The position numbers were made by a program, and so were the translations under genes. Below, one piece after another: positions 12,330 to 23,784 of a stretch of 64,000 bases of DNA; positions within the stretch are counted from its first letter, which is position 1; the number at the start of each line of letters is the position of its first letter. The DNA is taken from NCBI RefSeq assembly GCF_009914755.1, contig NC_060927.1, one strand, 5' to 3'. This stretch comes from the human T2T-CHM13v2.0 reference genome, Homo sapiens. The notes below the pieces were generated by a model that was not told the origin of the DNA, did not search any database, and was given only the letters and a program-made list of their open reading frames with translations.

Positions 12330-13184
12330 CTCTCTGCACACTCATTTATGCTTTCCCTAGCCACACTTGCCTTGTGGCCATATTTCATAGACGTCAGATA
12401 TTTTCCCATTTAGGGCTTTGCATAGATTTTTCCCTCCAAAATATTAACATAGTGTATTAGTCCATTTTCACATTGCTATAAAGAAATATCCAAGACTGGG
12501 TAATTTACAAAAAAGAGCTTTAATGAAGTCACAGTTCCACATGGCTGGGGAGGCCTTGGGAAACTTACAATCATTGCAGAAGGGGAAGCAGGCACATCTT
12601 ACACGGTGGCAGGAGAGAGGGAAAGTGTGAAGGAGGAACTGTCAAACTCCTATAAAACCATCAGATCTTGTGAGAACTCACTATTATGAGAATTGCGTGG
12701 AGGAAACCACCCCCATAATTCGATCACCTCCCACCAGGTATCTCCCTTGACATGTGGGGTTTATGGGGATAATAATTAGAGATGATATTTGGGTGGGGAC
12801 ACAGAATCAAAACATGTCACATAGCTTAACCTTCTCATCTCAAATATTTGCCCAAATGTCACTTTCTCAAAGAAGACTCTACTGACAACCCTTAAACTTA
12901 GTCATCTCTGATTAGCCTAAAAAAAGAGCAATCTGCCCTCAGTCCCTGTGTTCTCTTTCTTCTTTGTTCTATCTTTAATTTTTCTCATAAAATTTATTAT
13001 TTTCTGTAATGTCATAATATTTGCTTTTTTATTTTTAGTGCTTCCTTCATGATGATTCTTTTCTGCAGTCTAAACTCCTTAAGTAAGGTGCACTTAGTAT
13101 GTTTTAGTCACTCATGTAGCCCAAGTGCCTAGAACATTGCCATCTCAAAGTAAGTGCTTGTTAAGTCCTTGTTGAATAAATGAA
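12330..13184 (+). mobile_element. L2 3' end (interrupted by THE1D)
   Basis: ccacacttgcc...agggctttgca, caaatgtcactttctca, cccaagtgcctagaaca...gttgaataaatgaa terminus. Confidence 0.8.
12453..12819 (-). mobile_element. THE1D solo LTR
   Basis: tgtattagtcc...gaaggaggaactgtcaaac...gggtggggacacag...tca; 5-bp TSD catag at 12448-12452 and 12820-12824. Confidence 0.88.
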
Positions 13185-14627
13185 AAAATTTCCTCTTGTA
13201 TCTTCCTGAAACTAACATTTTCACATTGAAAATATATTCTCCCTACTGTTATCACCAAAGAAGATCTTGGAGTTGTTGGGTCCGGGAGATGTACAATACA
13301 TGGAGTCCTGATGTAATTGCATAATAACACCATACAGTGACTTTACAGACTGGTCAAGGCTGGAATTTGGAATTTCCTCCTCCTCTGAGCCTCTGTAGCA
13401 TTTAGCTCTGAAATTTTTATAGTTTTTATTGCATAATATTTATAGCAATTAAGTTTTGTCAGGACTAGAGGCTTATATAAATTTTTCAAAAGTCTCTCAG
13501 TGTGCGTCACTGAAATGAATGGCTTTTAAGAGCTCATACAGGAGCTGGTTGGCATCTCAAAGCCCTCTGGATAATTCCCATAGACCACCTCAGCCAGCAG
13601 GAGTGATGTTGGTGATTCTCAAAAAGTTTATCTGGAAGCTGCTTTGAAACTCATATGTGCTGAAATATCTGCCGAAATATCTGCCTACAGCCGCTTCCAA
13701 CAATAATGGATTCTTATTTTCTTCCTCTTTCTAAATCAGAAAATTTATTTGGAAATAAACTTTCCCTCTGTGGAGTTTCTCTGCATTTATGGATTTAAGT
13801 GTATATACATAATTGTAGTAATTATTATTCCCTCACATATCTCAAATTAGTTTTCTATCTTTCCAATTGTTGATAATTTTCTATTTATACTTTTTCATTA
13901 AACTAATTAATAATTATGAATTTTAAAATTTATTCTGCTTTTATGTCTGAATCTTGGCTAGAGTCCAAATTGGGTAATAATCAGACTACCAAAAATTCCC
14001 TCTGCAATTTGAATGAGAAGTGTTGTTCTCTATTTTGTCTGCTAAAGTTCTTTTCTTGGGGTTGCTGGGTGAAAGTGACAATTCTATCATATATGAAAGG
14101 TGACATTTCATTTGTATTTATTCAATGTAATCCATTCACTGTTGTAAAAATGAGAACTGCTTCTTGCTACCACATAACAGAAGGATGCAGATTATTTCAT
14201 TGCCATTAGCAGTGCAAGTTAATAATGTTATTGCCATTGAGTCTTACGCCTAAAAGTGGGGCACAGGTCGGAAAAGAGGAAATAAGTTGGTATGTGGAAA
14301 AGAAATGGCATTCTTTGCTGCCATTTTTTCCCATTGAAGATAGTAATCTATCTCTCTAGTGAAGTATGTTAACTGATGTATTTGAATTTTACTTTTGCTT
14401 AATCCTACATGAGGGAGACATTAAAATAGCAGTGAGTACTTTTAATCTACTCACAGTCTTTCTAACATGTAACATTGGAAGCTGTATCACTACAGGCAAT
14501 TACAAAAAAAAAAAGCTTCTAACTGCCCAATTCTAAAGATATGAATGTCATTTCTGTTACTTTGCCAGAATAATGACCCCAATTCAGAACACTGTGGTAT
14601 TCTTTTGACATCACTAAGCCTAGAGGA

Positions 14628-14990
14628 TTTTTTAAAAGTAAGGTTTATTGAGGTATGATTTACATATAATATAATTCACCCATTTTAGTATACACTTTTA
14701 TGAGTTTTGACAAATGCACATAGTTACGTAACTATCACTAAAATTAAGAATAAAGAATAGCTCCATTATACCAAAAAATTTCTTGCACGTCTTTGTGGTC
14801 ACCCTTTTCTTCGATCCTCAGCTCCTGTGAAACATTGATCTGGCTTTCTTTTCCCTATAGCTTGCCTTTTAGGTAATATAATATAAATGAAATCATACAG
14901 TATGTAGCCTTTTGAGTTGGGCTTCTTTCATTTAACATAATACATTTGATGTCCATCTGTGTTGTTGGGGTATTAGCAGTTTGTTCTATT
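14628..14990 (-). mobile_element. L1MB/ME 3' end
   Basis: tttattgaggtatgatttacata...gagttttgacaaatgca...atgaaatcatacagtatgta. Confidence 0.8.
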
Positions 14991-17900
14991 TAGCTTCCAG
15001 TTTAAATGACAGAATCAGCAAGTGTTGCTTGTTCAAACTCAGATAAAGCTGGTTTATAAGTAGAAAATACATAGATACCTACTCTTAAATCCTTGAGCAT
15101 AAGATCTGTTTCACTGGGAGCTCACAGAAGAATAAAACTTTAGAAAAAGCAATGCAATTAAATTAGTTACATAAACTAAATTTAAAAACTATAAATATAT
15201 TCATTTTATCTTTTCAGGTGAAAGTAATGCCTTTAAAAGTTCAGGCTAGTGAATATACAATCTATAAAAAGCACCTGAGTCTGTCAGGAATTGTTTTATT
15301 TCCTGCATACCTTCAGGAAAATTTCGGTTTAAGTGATTGAAAATTAAACATATACCAGAGTAATTATTGCTCTACTAAATTTCAAAGAAATTGATTGTTC
15401 ACCATTCTTTACAAAGTGGTACCCTAATTTCATTCCTTAATCCCATATCATCTGGTTGTAAGAGTGTACAATGCCAGTCACGTGATAATATCTAATTAAA
15501 CTTATATACGACCATAACTTTTAGTATAACAAACAGGCATTAAAGTTTTAATTGTAATACCATATATGTATCATTTTTCCAGTTGTGTTTTGTTGGTTGA
15601 TCCCATCAAGTATGTGATATGAAGTATATTTCATCCCTAATAATTTCAATGAGGTTCTAATACATTGATCAGATTTTTAAATATATTATATTTAAACCAA
15701 AAAGGCACATTATCTTACATTTTAATGGAATTTTAGAATTTTTATGCTGTGTTGTGGGATTATAGGATTATAAGGTATTTTCTTTTCTCCTCAAAAGCAA
15801 GACCTTACCGTTTAATTGAAGAGCTCAAACAGCTCAAGTAGAGAAAAATAGTATATTTGAAAAAGAAATCTATATAAAAGAATTTTCTTACCATGATGAG
15901 ATAGACTAAAAAACAAAAACCCTTTGAGTGGTCTCATCCCACTGTAGTATCAAACCATTTTGCAATGCATCTTTTCCTTTTTTGTTCTCTTGCTGACAGC
16001 CCTTGTGTATTTTATTTGTATGCAAGTGAATGGCAGTTTATTGTGTCCCGGAGGATAGGGTATTAATGATCATTTGCTTCCTGCTGTGGGGCCTGTCATA
16101 ATTTTGTAGTCAGAAGAGTGACAGAAGTAACGGCCAATCAGTATGCTAATACTGCTTGAGAATGGGTAGTTAGTCCATTTTAACCAAGGTTTTTCTGCCA
16201 AATCCTTAGGTAATTTTCATTAAAAAATGCAATTTTTGATAGCATTGCAAATTGCTAGATGGAACCCGTTGAAGAAACCCACATATTTCTTTTGTGTGGC
16301 AGTCGGACTTCTATCTCAGCAGGTGTCTTCTAGGGAAGAAAGAAAGACTTCTAATCTGAAAGCCCATTTTGGTCAGCAAGAATCAATGACTAAAACATTC
16401 AGCAATTTGTTATATCAATATCTTAACAGAGAGAATTCTATGCAGCATACAAAAATTAAATCTAGTCTCTGACAAGTAAATAGGATGTAGAATCTTTAAA
16501 AATGATAGTTGAAAGCCAAATGTAAAAAATCCTGCAGATTTATACAATGTGATATCATTCATTTTCTTCTTTACTATTCTATTTGTTTCTTCCATTTTAT
16601 GTCATTTGTTTTTTTTAATGAAAGGATATGCTTAAAAACAATAACATTCAATGCTAGTCTATAAATATTCAAAAATTTTATTGGCAATTTTACAATATAC
16701 AGCCTATAGTGAGTGTACTCTTGACTAGGAAAAAAAAGAGTTTCTTAAAATGATTTGTGAGTGTTTGCACAGCACGTGAACACATGATTACAGAGGGGAT
16801 TAGTGGATTAAGGTATCGACAGTTGGCAGCCTTAAGGCTACAGATAAAAAGAACTCCACTATCTCTCCATAAAATAACATTTTATTTTTACCCACATGCA
16901 AACAATGCCAGCTATGTAAACTATAAACAGAATTATTTTGAGAATACTATTGTCACTTAAATATGTTCATCATAGAAAGCAGAACAATAATAAAAACAAC
17001 AAAAACTTCACATATGTATATAACTGCATGAAATACAAGGTAATATCATTTACCATTACAAATATGTTTGAGGAGCTCTGATTAACCATTGAGTCTGGAG
17101 AAATAGTTCTTTTCTACATATTAAGATTTGAGCTGATTTCAAAATGTAAACTTCTTAGGTTGTAGTGATAATCAATGCCATTGTCAGAAAAATATTCAAT
17201 ATATTTTAATAAAAATTAAATAGATAACTATATCAAACGCAATTTTACTTTTTGGAAAATAGAGAAACAAACCTTGTTTGCTGCCTGCTGTTTTTTTATA
17301 TATGCAAATCTTTATACATCACAGAACAACCTAGCTGCCTTCTACAATCTCATAAACATTTTTACTATTTTATGAGATGTTTGTAATAAATGTGATTGAT
17401 GATTCTTTTTTACAATTGCCTATTAGAAATACCATTTTGTGATTAAATACTTAGGGGTAACTCAATTCCAAGTCAGGAGATTACAAGTTAAGAATTGACA
17501 AGAATGCCAAACTACATGTTTATCTACTATTTATTTTAAATAGTATTTTTTCCAGTTTACAGAGATTTTGCGTTTCGATTAATTGCACACATATCTAAAA
17601 ATACTGCTAGTGTGGCTTGGCTCCGGGAAACAGCCTGAAGCTGCAAACGCACATATAGTCACAAGGGTGAGTAGCTATAATTGTATTGGAGTGCATCCAA
17701 GAAATCAGCTATTCTGTTTATACTTACTGCTGCTTCAAATTTATGTATATCTCAAGCAAACATACTGTAAATTGACTTTAATACTAAAATTGTTGACCTT
17801 GACAATGAAGTTTATTGACCATTTTTCATGTTGCTGCTATCTTCCAAAAATTGAAAATTAAGGTAAATATTGATAATAGATAATTAAGTATAATTTGAAA

Positions 17901-18944
17901 TTATAGTTTCCTCCTTAAGGTTTAAAAAGCCTATTGGCTTAATGTAGTAAAATACAATGCATAAAAATATAAAAATAAAATATTAATACTAAGGTCATTT
18001 AAAATGGGAGTGGTCTACTGTGAACTACAATTAGAACAGACTGCTCAGGTATCATTTGCATTAGCCTGGAAATAGAGTTGCCTTATGTCTAATAATCCAA
18101 TCTAGTATGAATGAAGGCAAATTTTCAATGGCTCTAATTTTAGGTGTTGGAGAAACAGATGCTGTATTTATTCAGATATTTGCTGAAGTCTAATTTACAT
18201 TTGGGTCTGCAAGCTATTTTAGTTTTCTCTTTTATTCAAATTACCTTAAAAAAGAGACATGTTGATCTGAGCCATATTAAAACCCATAGCACTGTTGAGA
18301 CAAAACTTAAGGAGTATGTGTTTTTTTTTTTTCTGTGTATGTAATGTGGAAAGCCTTGACATATTATGCGTCATGGCTTCTTGATTTTATTCTTCTGGAA
18401 TTTGCTCTTTATGTCTTCTGATTGTGTTTTCCTGGAATCATCCTCCCTGGCATATAACCTTCGGATTTTCTTTCAGGTCACACTTCTATGGAATTTCATA
18501 CACTGGTGAAGTAAGTCAGGTCCAGGAATACCCTCCTTCTCAGGTTTGTGTTGCAACCCAGAAATCAAACTGGGAGCTTAAGCAAAGGAGGCACAGGGGA
18601 GGAAACAGGTCAGATGATAGTCTATGAAGAAGAACTTCTGGTGGCTGATTCTGATTTGTCCTTTTTCAGTAGATATGGCCACTGGATTTGTAGTCCAAAG
18701 ATAGGCATTAATACATTTTATTTCTCCATGGATCCAGCTGAATAGAAGATATTACATATTTCACATTAAATATCTTGCCATTTCTTTTTCAAATAACAGA
18801 AGATTATACCCATTCTTTCTGCATTTACAAAGAGACCCTTTTACGTTCTACCATGGAAAAAGAGCTACCAGTTAGTTAATAAGTCTTTTGCTCACCATAG
18901 TCATATATTCAAGATAATATAGTACTAAAGGGGATCAATTCTTG

Positions 18945-19150
18945 TTGGATGTGAAGTCCATTCTGCCATTAACCAGCTGAGTGACTAGGGAAGTTAGCCT
19001 CTTTGGGCATCAATATCTTCATCTATAATTTAATACAATAGTGCAACTTACATTATTTGCTGGTTTTAAAGATTAAAGTAGCAATGCATATCTAGCACTT
19101 ACAAGCTACTTCCTATATACTATGTACTATGTATGTAATTGCTATTATTA
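18945..19150 (+). mobile_element. MIR
   Basis: MIR core: ctgccattaaccagctgagtgactagggaagtt...cttcatctataa...gattaaa. Confidence 0.75.
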
Positions 19151-19164
19151 ATACTATAATCTAT

Positions 19165-19720
19165 TTATTTGGTCACTCATTCCGTCATTATATCTACACA
19201 ACTTTCTACCATCTTACTCATGCACTCATTCTGGCACTAACCAAAGCTCTATGGGGAAAGAATCCTGCAATGTGTATACAGTAGGGTTTATGTTACTGAG
19301 GAATTAATTGTCTGTCAGAAGAATTAATATGGATATCAATCTAAAACACATAATTAAAAGTGGTAGGTACATAAACAATGCTGTGGGTGTTCAGAGCAAT
19401 AAAAATAAGCAGAATATAGTTTTTTAATTCATAATGTTAGCCACTGTGATAGATACTTTACAAATGTTATTTCATTCAACTCTTGCCTTGAGAAGATAAT
19501 TTTTTGCAGTAAATGATTAGTGAGATAAGTAATAAAGGGCTGGTTGGATTTGAATTTAAGGAGAAGTGAGAAAATTATTCCATTCAGAGAGGAGCAATTA
19601 CACTAAAGCGCATAGTCTGGGATGGGGAAAAACTAAACAGCTCTGTTTGGTGAGAACACAGGACTCAAGGAAGGAAACAGCTGATGCATCATCACCTAAG
19701 GAAAGTCCAGAATAATATAA
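19165..19720 (-). mobile_element. Degenerate L2/MIR fragments
   Basis: L2-like tgctgtgggtgttcagag and gttggatttgaa; MIR-like tactttacaaatgttatttcattcaactc. Confidence 0.45.
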
Positions 19721-19726
19721 AGAAGG

Positions 19727-22018
19727 TGTATTAGTCAATTTTCATGCTGCTGATAAAGATATACCAGAGACTGGGAAATTTACAAAACAAAGAGGTTTAA
19801 TTGGACTTACAGTTCCACGTGGCAGGGGAAGGTCTTACAATCATGGCAGAGGGTGAAAGGCACTTCTTACATCGTGGAAGCAAGAGAGAATGAGCAAGAA
19901 GCAAAAGCAGAAACCCCTGATGAACCCATCAGATCTCATGAGACTTATTCACTATCATGAGAATAGCATGGGAAAGACGAGCCCCCATGATTCACTTACC
20001 TCCCCCTGGGTCCCTCCCACAACACGTGGGAATTCTGGGAGATACAATTCAAGTTAAGATTTGAATGGGGACACACCCAAACCATATCATTCCACCCCTG
20101 GCCCCTCCAAATCTCATGTCCTCACCTTTCAAAACTGATCATGCCTTCCCAACAGTCCCCCAAAGTCTTAACTCATTTCAGCATTAACCCAAACATCCAT
20201 AGTACAAAGTCTCATCTGAGACAAGGCAAATCCCTTTCACCTATGAGCCTGTCAAATCAAAAGCAAGATAGTTACTTCCTAGATACAATGGGGTACAGGC
20301 GTTGGGTAAATACAGCCATTCCAAATGGGAGAAATTGACAAAAATAAAGGGGTTACAGGGCCCATGCAAGTCTGAAATCCAGCAGGGCAGTCACATTTTA
20401 AAGCTCCAAAATGATCTCCTTTGACTCCAGGTCTCATATTCAAGTCACACTGATGCTAGAGGTGTGTTCCTATGGTCTTGGGCAACTCCCCCTCTGTGGC
20501 TTTGCAGGGTACAGGCTCCCTCCAAGCTGCTTTTGCAGGCTGGCATTGAGCGTCTGCAGCTTTTCCAGGTGCATGGTGCAAGCTGTCGGTGGCTCTGCCA
20601 TTCTGGAGTCTGGAGGAAAGTGGCCCTCTTCTCACAGCTCCACTAGGCAGTGCCCCAGTAGGGACTCTAGGTGGGAGCTCTGAACTCCCCTTTCCCTTCT
20701 GCAGTGCCCTAGCAGAGATTCTTCATGAGGACCCCACCTCTGCAGCAAACTTGCCTGGGCATCCAGGCGTTTCCATACATCTGCAATATAGGCAGAGGTT
20801 CCCAAACCTCAATTCTTGACTTCTGTGCACCTGCAGGCTCAACACCACGTGGAAGCTGCCAAGGCTTGCAGCTTCCACCCTCTGAAACCACAGCCCAAGC
20901 TCTATGTTGACCCCTTTCAACCACAGCTGGAGTAGCTGGGACAACAGGGCACCACGGGACCCTGTGCCCGGCCTACAAAACCACTTTTTCCTCTTGGGCC
21001 TCAGGGCCTGTGATGGGGAGGGGCTGCCTTGAAGGTCTCTGACATGGCCTGGAGACATTTTCCCGATGGTCTTTGGAATTAACATTAGGTTCCTTGCTAC
21101 GTATGCAAATTTCTGCAGCTGCCTTGAATTTCTCCCCAGAAAATGGGTTTTTCTTTTCTGTTGCATCATCAGGCTGCAAATTTTCTGAACTTTTTTGCTC
21201 TGTTTCCATTTTAAATTGGAGAGCTTTTAACAGCATCCAAGTCACCTTTGGAATCCTTTGCTGCTTAGAAATTTCTTCCTCCAGATACACTAAATCATCT
21301 CTCTCAATTTCAAAGTTTCAAAATTTCAAAGTTCAAAATTTCAAATCTCTAGGGCAGGGGCAAAATGCCACCAGTCTCTTTGCTAAAACATTGTAAAAGT
21401 CACCTTTGTTCCACTTCCCAACAGGTTCCTTATCTCCATCTGAGAACACTTCAGCATGGACCTTATTGTTCATATCACTATCAACATTTTTGTCAAAGCC
21501 ATTCAACAAGTCTCTAGGAGGTTCCAAACTTTCCCACATTTTCCTGTCTTCTTCTGAGCCCTCCAAACTGTTCCAACCTCTGCCTGTTACCCAGTTCCAA
21601 AGTCGCTTTCACATTTTTGGGTATCTTTTCAGCAACACCCCACTCTACTGATACCAATTTACTGTATTAGTCCATTTTCATGCTGCTGATAAAGACATAC
21701 CAGAGGCTGGGAAGAAAAAGAGGTTTAATTGGACTTACATTTCCACGTTGGCTGGGGAAGGTCTCACAATCATGACAGAGAGCAAAAGGCACTTCTTACA
21801 TGGTGGCGGCAAGAGAGAATGAGCAAGAAGCAAAAGTGGAAACCCCTGATAAACCCATCAGATCTTTTGAGGCTTATTCACTATCACGAGAATAGCACAG
21901 GAAAGACCAGGCCCCATGATTCAATTACCTCCCCCTGGGTCCTTCCCACAACATGTGGGAATTCTGGGAGACACAATTTAAGTTGACATTTGAATGGAGA
22001 CATAGCCAAACTGTATAA
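19727..22018 (-). mobile_element. Full THE1A MaLR provirus (3' LTR 19727-20089, internal 20090-21662, 5' LTR 21663-22018)
   Basis: Two ~360-bp direct repeats; PPT complement ttccacccctggcccct; internal ORF remnant MEGSEEDRKMWESLE..DLLNGFD; TSD gaagg/ggagg (1 mismatch). Confidence 0.93.
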
Positions 22019-22200
22019 GGAGGCATATCAACATATCTGTAATTTTTATTGGATTAACATACCAGAAAATATGACCATTTACAAACATCTGAAGGATAAT
22101 GATATAGTTTATATAATGCATTTGATTATAAATATTTTCTGCCAAGCTAGATGGTGAAAAAGCAGTTAATAACTTTATCACTTTTATAACATCTGATTTT

Positions 22201-22497
22201 TTATTTGATTATTTATTTTTGAGATGGAGTCTCGCACTGTTGCTCGGGCTGGAGCGCAATGGCGTGATCTCGGCTCACTGCAGCCTCTACCTCACAGGTT
22301 CAAACGATTCTCCTGCCTCACTCTCCTGAGCAGCTGAGATTATAGGTGTCTGGCACCACACCCAGCTAATTTTTGTATTTTTAGAAGAGACGGGCTTTCA
22401 TTATGTTGGTCAGGCTGGTCTTGAACTCCTGACCTTGTGATCCACCCACAGCCTCCCAAAGTGCTGGTATTACATGTGTGAGCCGCCGCACCTGGCC
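22201..22497 (-). mobile_element. AluS (Sg/Sc-like)
   Basis: Full dimer with the gacct-gtgatcc 2-bp deletion; TSD ctgatttt at 22193-22200 and 22498-22505. Confidence 0.93.
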
Positions 22498-22554
22498 CTG
22501 ATTTTTAAACTTTTTAAAAACGTGTTTATTGGTTCTTTTTGTGAGACAATTTAT

Positions 22555-22915
22555 TCTATGTAGCTCAAATTTCTGCATGATCTGGTTCTCCCAGGCAAAG
22601 TACTAAATAGTAAAGGTTAGACATGTCTTTCTTCCCAGAGACAGTTAGGGTAGTAAAGATAGACATCTCCTTCCCTTCTCCAGAGAATTTGCTTACAATC
22701 CAAGTAAATAAATATAAGAACTTTCTCTTTCTCCAGAGAGGAGGATGGACACATCACCAGCAGCCCTATATAAGATCAGTTTCCCAACTTAAGGACTCCT
22801 CCTCTTTAATGCTCTCCATTCTGTGTGTAAGTACCATCTGGCTCTGAACACATCATCCTGTTGAGACTGGATTTCAGTAATAGACATAAAATGTTACTCT
22901 GACTGCTACTTTTGA
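22555..22915 (+). mobile_element. ERVL-class LTR fragment (MER54/MER74/MER88-like)
   Basis: cagccctatataagatcagtttcccaacttaaggactcctcc resembles the TATA region of this LTR group. Confidence 0.5.
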
Positions 22916-22924
22916 AAAAGGTTT

Positions 22925-23780
22925 TATGTTGTTTAATTGATAAACAATAATCATATATTCATGGTATACAATGCAATGTTTCAATACATGTATACATTGT
23001 GGAATGATTAAATCAGACTAACATATCTATCACCTTAAACACTTATCATTTGTATGTGATGAGAGCATTAAAATGCATTCTTTAGCTATTTTGAATATGC
23101 AACTTATTATTACCTATAGTCAGCATGCTGTGCAATAAATCACTAGAGCCTATTCCTCCCAATTAATTGAAACTTTGTACCTTTTGACCAACATCTCCCC
23201 TTCCTTATCCACTCCCTATTCCTAGCCTCTGGTAGCCACAATTCTGCTCTCTACTTCTATGAGTTCAATTTTTTTTTTACGATTGCACATTGGAGTGAAA
23301 GTTGTTTCTCTATTTGTCTCTCTATACTTGGCTTATTTCATTTGTCTTTCTATACGTGGCTTATTTGATTTGTCTTTCTACACCTGGCTTATTTCATTTA
23401 GCATAGTGTTCTCCAGATTCATCTATGCTGCTGCAGATGACAGGATGTCTTACTTTTAAATGGCTTAATAAAATTGCATATATATCACATTTTAAAATTC
23501 ATTCATCTATTGATGAGCATTTTGGTTGTTTCTATCTCTTTGTTATTGTGCATAACATGGCAATAAACATGGGAATGCAAATATCACTCAATGTACTGGT
23601 TTCAGTTCCTTTGGATATGTATCCCAGAACTGAGATTGCTGTACCATATAGTAATTCTATTTTCAATTTTTTGAGTAACTTCTATGCTACTTTCTGAAAT
23701 GACAATACTAATTTATAATACTACCAGCAGTATGCAAGGGCTCCCTTCTCTCTGCATCCTTACCATGCTTATCATTCGTT
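22925..23780 (-). mobile_element. L1MA 3' end (outer element; resumes at 27870-28031)
   Basis: L1MA 3' UTR and ORF2 C-terminus; the sequence continues in register at 27870 (tttttcataataagcaatctatcagg). Confidence 0.85.
23313..23396. repeat. 28-bp unit x3 minisatellite within L1MA
   Basis: tttgtctYtctaYacNtggcttatttSa repeated three times. Confidence 0.9.
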
Positions 23781-23784
23781 TTTT

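Noticed and set aside
15892-15905. 14-nt minus-strand microexon (ttttttag|TCTATCTCATCATG|gtaaga)
   Set aside because: Not frame-preserving, and such matches are expected by chance in 64 kb.
23313-23396. Three 28-bp repeats as a CRISPR-like array
   Set aside because: No spacers; it is a tandem slippage duplication of L1 3' UTR in eukaryotic DNA.
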